A stretch of 64,000 bases of DNA from Tubulanus polymorphus (taxonomy: Eukaryota > Animalia > Nemertea), in contig NC_134025.1 in NCBI RefSeq assembly GCF_964204645.1, positions 8,246,001 through 8,310,000 on the forward strand. The letters run 5' to 3'. The translations under genes were made by a program, and so were the position numbers. Under the pieces are notes generated by a model, which saw only the letters and a list, made by a program, of their open reading frames with translations, did no database searches and was not told the DNA's origin. This document shows, piece by piece, positions 12,901 through 64,000 of the stretch. The number at the start of each line of letters is the position of its first letter. Positions within the stretch are counted from its first letter, which is position 1.

Positions 12901-15523
12901 GATGCAACGGTACTTATAAAATTGATAGCAGCATTAATCAAATGGAACATAAATTCCATAAACGACCTGTCACAGTTCTGCAGAATACTTCTAAAAACCA
13001 ACTACAACGTCATAACTCTGTGCTTGATTTGTCTAAATCTACGACAAAATCTGGTAGCGCTGATGCGGCATATGTACCATATGATCTTTCAGAGCGAGGT
13101 AAACTTGCCTTCACTCAAGATCGGGCTTATGATTATGTTGATGGACAAAACGGTGTTAATCAATTGTGCTATGCAAGCGAAGCACCTGTACATGGAAATT
13201 CGAAAGATCTCTGTTCATTAAGTGGAAACGCTTTTGAAAATGGTGCTTTGAATTTGTGTGCCAAAAAGGAATTAAGTTGGATACAAGGTGTCAATACACA
13301 TCAGATTACTGATAGGCCTATCCATAATATTAGTAAACAAATTCAAAATGGCCAGCCTTTAGACTTCACAACTTCATATCCACCAATTCATGCATCGGAT
13401 GAAATTCAACAACATGAAAGAAATACAGCAAGTAATATTGCTTGTGGAGATATCAAGAAGTCGCAATCAAGTGCCGGTTTGGAGAAAATACCAAATGAAA
13501 TTGTATCACAGAAATTGAAGAATATCTGTCGTAGTGTTATCGAAGAACAACGTATGAGTAACTCGCAGTCCTACCATAAGAAAGTTGATGGATCTCAAGT
13601 GATTGAACAAAAGAAAGATCAATTCTTCAATTGTAGGCAGTCAAATATGGATACTGGTACTAAAAGGCCACCAAGTCGACATACATCCCCAGTAACTAAA
13701 AAAAAGCCACGTAAATCAAAACCATGTAAAACCACCGTTTTTGAAGAAGATACAATATTTGATGAGCAGGATGGCATGCTTTATATGGATTCGGATTCAA
13801 GAAATCACCATATGGATGTAAATATGACAGATGCTAAAAGGCTGAAAGAGTGCTTGACTGAGAAAAAGGCAAAAAAACCGCCTATCAATGGAAATGGAAC
13901 GAGCATAAAACCATTTAGAAATTTAATTGAGCCACTTATGGCAAGCACACCCAAAATTAGCAGAAAGAAAGCATTTCATGCCAAGAACAAATATGAAGAT
14001 GAGACAGATTCTTCAAGAACACTAGATATAGCTGAATCTAAAACCTCAATGCTAGATGACAACTGTAATGATGTTTCAATCGATCAGTCATGTGATCACT
14101 TGAATATTGAGGATGATGAAGATGGTGAATTAGTGCAATATCTCACTAAAATCACAGGTGACACCAAAAAAGTGAATTCTCGTACGAAAACTGTGCCGAT
14201 ATCTGCCGAAAAACTCCGTAATCTCATGGATATTTTCATAAAAATGAAAGGTGAAAAAGGAAAGAAATCAGTTGGTTCAGTTAATCGAGTGTCATTGGTT
14301 AGTAATGGTAAAATGAATGATAGGACTGGAGGATTTAAGAAATCTGATGAGAACTGTAACGAAATTATACGTAAAAGTGATGATGTAGTTCGGTTGAAAA
14401 ATCACACTGACATTGCTAAGGACTGCTCAATTAATCGTAACAAAATTGATGGTCAAGATCTCCCTGCTGAAACCTCTAGTAGGGGTCCGAATCGGGTTTC
14501 ATCAGATACAGTTAAAAAGCTGCGTAATAAGGTTATTTCAGGTAGTTCAGTTGGCGCTGAGTCCCCATCAATGGATAATTGTTCTTCACCGAAACAAGCT
14601 GATCATTTCAATAGCGACGGATACCAGAGTGATGATGATAATTCACCCGATTATCAGCTACCATCGATGGGTCTCTATGATTCCGGTTCGGATGATGAAT
14701 CTCTTAGAAGATCAAAGAAAACAACTGGAAGAACAAAGAGTAAAGTGAATAAATCAAGCAAATCTATCAGCACTGGAAGCACATTAAAGAGTTTGTTAAA
14801 ATCTAAAAATGGCAGTCAAAGTAAAAATACTCCTGGGAAAGGATTAGCAGATTCTAAAAATATAACAGATACTTTTGATATCAATTCCTATGTCAAAAGT
14901 CAGATGTGGCCTCAATCTTCATTTTTGCAAATGCACAAACGAAGTAAAAGTAGCTCAAGTGAGAAACATTCTTTACCGAAAAATTTCCTCAAGCAAAAGT
15001 ACAATCAAGACACTGACAAGCCAAACGTTAAGACAAATAAACCCACTCTACGTGGATATAAACGAAAGCAAGCTGCCAAAAAGAACATTCAAAAAGCTGT
15101 GGTCGAGGAAGAATATAATTCCAACGAGTCGACCGCTGAAGATAGCCCAGTCGCAGTGAGGAGACCGCGTAGACATACTACACCTGTCAAAATCATTGAC
15201 TTCAGTTCTGATGATGAAGATGGAAAGAAAGTGAATGGAGATCTTGATAATGATGACAGTATCTGGGATGGTGTAAGTTTTAATATTTTTACATTGCAGA
15301 AATAAGCGTACTTCAGTTGAACTCTGTTAAGTTGTCATAAGATTAGTCATCACATCACTAGTCGTCACTATTGTTAAGTCTCAATTTGTATTTCAATTCC
15401 AATTTGCCAAGTGTAAGTTGTCATTTGGATAAGTCGGCACTTTTTTCACAGCAATAGTGTTGAGTGTATTAACACTGTCATTTCCCTAATTTTTAGGATG
15501 GCCATTTAATTGAAGCTCACTGA
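9934..15523 (+). CDS. Atypical DYRK/HIPK-related CMGC Ser/Thr kinase with a ~950-aa low-complexity C-terminal tail
   Basis: Spliced exons give [83 protein letters not shown] and [13 protein letters not shown]. One 2.9-kb exon spans 12400-15272. The first exon (ATG 9934) and last exon (15497-15523) are less certain. Confidence 0.85.
15314..15437. repeat. Dispersed repeat fragment (pogo/Tigger-like MITE) in the last kinase intron
   Basis: Begins cagttgaactctgttaag and shares a core with 3975-4102. Confidence 0.5.
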
Positions 15524-16249
15524 CGTGTTCGGAGACATGAAGAGAACTGTAGATGATCATTCATCGTCATTGCCACAGACTTAAGGCCAAGAAGGAGGGT
15601 TATTTGTATCATTGTTGTTTGTATTCTCCACTTCATGCAAAGCATTTGATCGTTCTTTGTCCCTAGCATCTTCTGACAGGGTACATAGCATATAGTCCAG
15701 TCTGTCAACTTTCAGGATATCATCGTATGTAAATGTTAAGTAAATGTGTACTGGTTGGTTAATTCCTGAAGTTTTTATGTTCTAACAGCTAAGTTTTTCC
15801 TTTATTTGTTATCAGTTCTGGATAATGTTGAAGATATGATATATCCCGGTATGATCATAGATCTCTATGTGTTATGAAGTGTGAAGCAGGTCTATGAGTG
15901 TTTTGTTATATGTCTGAAGTTTATATAGATGTTTATGTTGATGATAAGCAGGGGAGAGGGAAATTAATTGAGAGTTCATAAAATTGTTACAATGATGAAG
16001 CACTCATTCGGAATGCATTTATAGTATTTATTAAATCTTTTAATTATCTAGTTCTTTTTTACATGAATGTTTGGCTATAGATCCAACCACACATAGCCAA
16101 TCTTGCCCCAGGTTAGACAAGTATGCAGATTAAATCAATGCTGAAGATTCATTTGTGAATTAAATGATTGAGACTCATTAATTGATGCATATCTGCCAAC
16201 AATATTTTTGTTTCCTTTTTGCAATACGTGTATTGATGAATTATTGTAA

Positions 16250-16672
16250 GGGGTCGTGCATAAAGTGCGTACGCTTGTCATCCGGGTATTTTAAACCCCC
16301 CTCGCCCATGTATGCTCTCAGTACATTTTTTGTAACCCCCTTGCGTAGATACTTTGAATGACCCCCTGTAAAACAAAATTCTTCAGGATCCATGGTTTAA
16401 AGAAGGCAAAATTTACCAGCATTGGTCAGAGCTCCAAGGACGATGTACCGTATCAACGAAGTGAAAGACCAAGAGTCGGAATTTCCAGGAAATCCCAACA
16501 AATATAGGGGATATTTGTAACAATCATATTGTGTTTCATGCAGAAAGTACATACCCCTGGATCCCCCTTAGAAAAGTATGTACGCTTTGAGCTCACCCCT
16601 CCCCTGTATGTTTCGTTTAGATTTTCAAAACCCTGCTCCCCATGCAGGCATACGTTTTTAATGCACGGCCTC
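16250..16672. mobile_element. PIF/Harbinger-type MITE
   Basis: TIRs ggggtcgtgcataaa / ttaatgcacggcctc with TAA on both sides (3-bp TSD). An additional internal end lies near 16345-16368. Confidence 0.7.
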
Positions 16673-18378
16673 TAATTCATTCATTCAAATACATGTATTT
16701 AAATGTTCAGTTATTTGTGTCTATTACCTATGTGGTATTTTTATTCCATTGTTTTGATTCCTTTTGTTAATTAAGAGGTAAAATCTTACCCGTGTGGCTG
16801 GTCACAAAAAGATATTCTGTTTTATGAAGTATCGGTAGTCTGTATCGTTCAAATTGCATTTCAGTGGTTCTAAGCACACATTTATGTTAATAGATAAAAA
16901 CTTTTTTACAGGTACATGTATATTTTTGCATTCATGTTTAAGGGAAAGATTTTGTAGTTTGAATTCCGTTTCATAATCAGATGCAACTTTACATTTAAAG
17001 TTTACACTGGTCATCAGTGTAGAACGCTATGCAAATTGATTGTTTCCCTGATACGATGTTGTGCGAAACACTACTTGATTTAAATGTGGACTTAAGTTTA
17101 AATGTCAACTGTATGCAGTGATCAATATTGTACGTTCTTGAGAAATGTTTAATTTCCGAATAATGATACAGCTTTGGGCTTATCTCAATACAAGTACATG
17201 GATCTTGTGATGATTAGATGGTTAAACAATCTATAAGCTCATATGTGGGCTAAATATCGTTGACTTTTTTGTTACATTCTGGGCTTTGACTTATTGCCCA
17301 TAAAGGTCACATTAGTTTGTTGTATGTTTTCATGTACATTTCATAATTGGATAAAAAGTAAGACCAATTAGTTGTATCTTTTCATGTTATGAAATGTTAT
17401 TTATTTGCGATTACGGTAACATGTATTCACTTCACATGTAAAACAAAGCATTTCACATTCAGTATTCACTGAGTGAGTAGTATTCACGGTAATACATGTA
17501 TGTATGGTGCTCAATTTTATATTTACTGATTTTTGAAAAATGTTGTGTTCACTATAAAATAAATCCTAATTTCACAGAAAAACATTTCGTTAGAAAGGCA
17601 AAATCTTTAACTCTTTTATCACATCAGCTCTATCGTATTCCATTAGACTAGAGCTCTATTTGAGGAATTACTCCATTACTAGAGGAAGATCGCTTTGTAT
17701 TGTAATCAACGGGAGAATGGATAAAATACACTGATGTACCTTGATACTGGGATATCTATCCTGGCGAATTATGATCTTAACAGGTCATAATATGATCATC
17801 CAATCAGTACGGCAGCACACAAATGAAAACAATGCAGAAATTGTACGTAAAATCATATATATTTTTTCATTATTTACAATGTTCAAGTCTGGTTGACATT
17901 TGGTATGCAAATTAATTTATATCGCATATTGATAATTATTGCATAGACTTGTGCCGAGCATAGAGATCTATTAATTTAGAGACTCAAAGCAATTGGGACT
18001 AAAAAATCTATATCCAATAAATCTAAAATAAGTTAATCAGAGATTTTTTATTGTACAGTGAGAATGTTTTCAGCAAGATCTGCATTCAGTACTAGAACAT
18101 AGATGAAATATTTTGAAAAATACATTTATCAGTAAGTAATGAGTGTATGATTAGATATAAGATACCAGTTTATAAACTACTGTTCTGTAATACAAAATAT
18201 ATACTGTCATATTCAGATTGATAAATCAATAACAACACATATATTGGACATTACTTAAATGAAACTGAAATGAGTGAAAATGATCCAAGACAGACCATGA
18301 CGGCGTAATCCTGTTCTTTATCAAGAAATTCCAGATATTGTCATTGATATTTTCGATGTACAAGTATTTATGTTGAAT

Positions 18379-19947
18379 CTATCTGGGAGGTTTAGGTTTC
18401 TCCAATATAGCCAAGAATTTTCCTCTGGTCATTTCTCGAGCTGAAAATTCGAAAATATCTTGATAAAATTTCTCTTGATATCGAAAGAGCATAAGAATTG
18501 ATTACGCACCTTCTTCCAATCCAAGTTGATAAGCAAGATTTTGTAATTCTCGCACTTTGTCTAAAAGTTGAGACAAAGTCAAACTGCCAAATTCTGGAAG
18601 AAATCATACATGAATTAATATGTCAATAGCAATAATCAACCACTGATTTTCAGATTTAAATGAACAATTCTAAGATAGTACCCACCTTGCAACATATCAA
18701 TATCTTCTTTCTCTAGTTCTGCCATCCATTTTGGGGTTTCAGAATTTCCATTTGGCTGAAAACCATTTTTGAAGATACATTTTACATATACAGTTGACTC
18801 TTGCCCGAGTCGGATCCAATCAACTCTGAGTACCGTTCAACACGGATGTTTTTTTAAATATTTTTTGTGACACTTAACATGAAATACAAAACGCCCAACT
18901 CGGATATCACTCAAGTTGGACACTACAGTCCAAAAAGATCTGACTTTCAAGAGGGAAGTACAGTAAAATCTGCTTTATCTGGATAATGTTGAAATTTTCA
19001 GATTTAAAACGTGTGTAGATTAGGGCCTACTACTTCATTCGATCTATATGAATTTCAGGGATTTTACTGAATATCTAGAGTACATTTACAACTTACACTT
19101 TTTATTGCTGCAAACTCCGCAACTCCAGGAACTAGAAGAATAAAAATATGCCTGACAGTAATCAAATCAATAAATATAGTCACTATTTCCAATTAAAGAA
19201 TGCTAAAATAGTCATACTTACTTTGCTCTGGCCATAAATCTGGAGATGCTCTCATTCTCTCAAAACTCAACAAGGAATCATCTATACCTAAATATACAAT
19301 ACAACACAAATAGATTGAATAGTTTATTCTGTCAAATCATATAAGTAGATGCAGATTTAGTCTAGTACCTAGCCGTCGTTCTACAAACATGGTTGTAAGG
19401 AACCGGTAACAACGACTGATATTCAAACTAATGCAGATTTTGCACCATCACAATAATGGAAATTCCATACCAAAACCAAATGCAGCATTATTGTCGATTC
19501 GAAAAAGCTAACACTGCATTATTGGCTTTTTTATTACGCAGGCAGGGAGTCTGCCTTTTTTTTGCCGAATGACGAATAAATAGGATTTGATACCAACTTG
19601 AATTTTAATTAAAGGTCAAGCCGAATTTGATAATGTGATGGAAGATACGTTTTTATCAGAAATCGAATCTTATTTGACATGATCGATTGATGATGAATAC
19701 ATTTGCTTTCTTAAAGTTAAATTTGAATTGAATTGATGACAGTGCACGGGCGGTCGTTCATCAAATTCAAACAAGCATTAAATATATCGAGAACCAGCAG
19801 ACATACTGATCAAATCAAAAATTCTGACATAAAAAAAAGAGATTTTCCGTTATAAGACCACATTTAATGTGCAATGGGCAAACTGTGTGACGTGTGGCCT
19901 GGAGTTGAAGACTAAAAAACTGAATTACCCGCATTCGGAGACGCCAT
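18379..19947 (-). CDS. LIN52: Protein lin-52 homolog (DREAM/MuvB subunit), 6 coding exons
   Basis: Spliced: MASPNAGIDDSLLSFERMRASPDLWPEQIPGVAEFAAIKSPNGNSETPKWMAELEKEDIDMLQEFGSLTLSQLLDKVRELQNLAYQLGLEEAREMTRGKFLAILEKPKPPR*, nearly co-linear with human LIN52. The ORF track misses it because the exons are small. Confidence 0.96.
19358..19430. mobile_element. 73-bp TAG...CTA micro-element with a 9-bp TSD (hATm-like)
   Basis: atgcagatt is duplicated exactly at 19349-19357 and 19431-19439; the TIRs are degenerate. Confidence 0.6.
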
Positions 19948-20533
19948 GTTGTTTATTGTCATGGCTATTTCGTATCGCTCAAAATACTTATATGCGCGCG
20001 GGAGTATTCTATGATATTTGTGGTCGAATCCCGATAATCAGTAATCATCCCGGGCATGACAAGATGCTTTATCTTGAGAAGGGTGTAATCAAAGAACGAG
20101 GAAATCATAATAGCACCCGGAATGATCCCAACCAGCTTTCAACCAATTTTCAGACCTATTGGACTGCCCAGTTCGTTGACATCTTTAACCAGAACCAATT
20201 AATTAACTAATCATCCAAACTGCCACCATTTTGTGAAATCACATGACTGATATGTTTCCCAGGAGGAGTGCTCCGGATTGTGTGCTACGCGCACAGTGTG
20301 GGAGCTACTCGGTGTCTAGGTGTTGCTACATGTCAAGTTCATATGTAACTCTGTTTAGCCCCTCATCAACTCTGTCATTCGCCCTTCAACTAAGAGCCCT
20401 CTACTAAGGCTTCCCTGCCAATTTTAAATGAAATATCCAGAATCGCAGCTCTAAATGTGTGTTACATTGTGGTGATGGAATTTCCATTCAAAATACTGAT
20501 GAATCGAAAAAAGACTTTTAAAGAGCTTTTATT

Positions 20534-21183
20534 CTAATCTCCATACAAATGTGCATCTATTATCTCTAGCATCCACATCGATTTACTAATGGAACTGTGT
20601 TGTGATAGATCCTGTATTTTAATTGCTTCAATTACAGGAAATTGTAGATTCATTTCTCCAATACTACCAATAACCATGATGTATTGCCCTGAAAATTTAC
20701 CCATAGTGTATTAGAAATTTTGATATCGTAAATGACATATGTCAATTTTTCAAGTTCTTGATAAACTTGTTTAAATTGATTAATGAATCACGAAAAGAAC
20801 TGACCAGAGTGAATTTGATTTGATTGAGGGACTTTACTGACACCAATCACAGCAACAGATTCACTACCATCATCTATTGTTATTGCATCAATTTCTGGTG
20901 AAACCTGCCAAAATAGAAAAACGGTTTGGATAAAATGTTTCAGTAAATCCTATACCGGACAACGAAACGACATTGTCAACGTCAAATCACTTACTTTGTT
21001 TACATGGCCTTGTATCCACACTGTGGATAATTCTAGTCTTTTATCGGGGCGATTGATGCTCCAAGATTTTAGTGGTAGATTACCTCTATCGCCATTCATC
21101 CATTCTTCAACGTTTCGACAAGAGTAAAGCTCCTTAATGAAGACCTTTCTCGATGGTTGGTCCAGCTTTGAAAAGGAAGCCAT
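20534..21183 (-). CDS. RMI2: RecQ-mediated genome instability protein 2 (OB fold, BTR complex), 3 exons
   Basis: PSRKVFIKEL, LELSTVWIQG, IDDGSES, GQYIMVIG and IEAIKIQDLSQHSSISKSMWMLEIIDAH match RMI2 (PPLKV, LAAVWMQG, GKYVMVMG, LQAVKMTDLS..ESMWELEVEDLH). Confidence 0.92.
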
Positions 21184-21902
21184 AATTCAAATTCTGTCAT
21201 GGTCCACGTACCCTTCGCGCTCCCGGAGCAGTCCCTGTTCAGGATTTTTATGAATGGCGAGGCTGGTGCGACAGTAGGCCATTCGCCCGTTTATCATTTG
21301 CGCTCCCCATGCCCTGTTGCATGTCTCAAATTCGTGTCTTTCAGTCTGAATATCTTATTGAATTGTACAATTGTTAGATCAGTCCAATAAGGCCGGGGCC
21401 CACTAAACACTACATTGGCCCTGGCCGGGCCGGGGCAATGCCAATAATTATTTTATTTACTGTAGTAGGTAGGCTAGTAAATACAAAGTGCCGTGGCGTG
21501 TAAAAACTGGTGGGAGTGTGCTTTATATTTTGGAACACCGTAAACAAATCAACGCGTGTACTGAACTTCCACTTGTCAAAAAATTTCTGAGCCAGGAAAA
21601 CTTGTCGCAAACTTCGGTGGTCTTGTGGTTTTCGTTTATCGTGGAATAATTCTATTTTCGGATAGGAAGGAGCCCTGAAATGAACTGAATAGGATACAAA
21701 ACCATAATTAGTAAGTTGGAGCATATATTACACTCGGAATTAGCGAAGTAAGACAATCACTACTGTAGTACTAGTTAGATAGAACAATTTCTTCAATTCA
21801 ATTTCATTTTATTAGGCTATGTGTAAAAATGCTCAAATTTAGCAGGGTTGATTTAAAACCCGGAAATATTGAGAAGAATTCCATTCTAAGTGCACTCTTT
21901 TA

Positions 21903-22077
21903 CAGGGGCGTTGGAAGCAATTTTTGATTGCCGCGGCCAAATGCCAATTTTGGACAGGTTCTAAATATTGCTGCTGCGAATTTACTTAATTTCTTTAAAA
22001 ACGTGGTATTCAAAAGAAAAAAAAACATCATTCAGTAAATTATTGCTGCTGCAGTCGCTGCACTTCCAACGTCACTG
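21903..22077. mobile_element. CAG...CTG MITE (hAT-like) with a 5-bp TSD
   Basis: TIR caggggcgttggaag / cttccaacgtcactg, with TTTTA on both flanks. Confidence 0.7.
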
Positions 22078-22739
22078 TTTTACCTTGATGGATGGTATGC
22101 CCATCACAACCTCGCATATAATATAATGTCTTTTCAATTTGTGAGGCATAAAATTATTTATGTATAGAAGACTTTAGGCCTATCTGAAATGAAACTTGCT
22201 GTTGAAAAAACCTACTAGGCCTATTCATTTGAATTAGATTTTTTAGTTGCTATAAGCCCTTTATTGGATTACTGGCATTCTATCAGAATATTGAGTGAAT
22301 TTCTAGCTTCACTTAAAAGCATGTTACTCAATAATAATGCATTGATCGAAATGCAGCCATAAAGCTGCTAGGATTTATTTTTAAGCTGAATGGGTATAGC
22401 CTTATATTAAACTGGTGGCAATACAGGCGTTGAGTAGCTAGGAAGATATAGTTCTTGGAATTAGAGCCTATTCAAGATCTGTATGAAACAATTAAATTTT
22501 TTTGCGCTGAGCTGATTCAAGCTTAAATCTATTTTATCAAAGAATCTGTTGTCTGTAGCCTATATTCACATGACTTTTGAGTCTTCTTCCAAACATGTGG
22601 AAAAATCAAATTTAGCATTTATGAATTAGGGCCATTACAAAATCTACAATTTGATAAGAGCCATTCATGTTTTTAAGTTTCCGAAAAATCACTGATTGAA
22701 TTAAAACCAGGTACATGTACAATTTATTTCAGACTGATC

Positions 22740-64000
<41,261 letters not shown>

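Noticed and set aside
19869-20210. 113-aa ORF between LIN52 and RMI2
   Set aside because: It is antisense to LIN52 exon 1 and its promoter, has a non-ATG start and shows no recognisable motif.

Overview
AT-rich, intron-dense invertebrate (metazoan) genomic DNA with mostly 70-100 nt introns; not prokaryotic. I spliced the gene models by hand from GT/GC-AG boundaries, and homologies come from recalled reference sequences (no search was run). From left to right: the 3' half of PGGHG (GH65 glucosidase, +); kizuna KIZ (-), head-to-head with an atypical DYRK/HIPK-related CMGC kinase (+); LIN52 (-); RMI2 (-); and, from 22.7 kb past the window end, one apparently continuous giant muscle gene (+). That gene joins in frame a full SESTD1-like module (Sec14 + spectrin repeats), a CCDC141-like spectrin module, six extra Ig domains and a co-linear copy of vertebrate titin Z1-Z9 plus further Igs. 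In vertebrates SESTD1, CCDC141 and TTN are three separate adjacent genes. The locus also shows two internal alternative first exons, a mutually exclusive exon pair separated by a 41-nt intron, and a 12-exon symmetric cassette cluster with RBFOX motifs. Introns and intergenic DNA carry many MITEs, a Helentron-type HINE, a MULE-like element and two large microsatellites.
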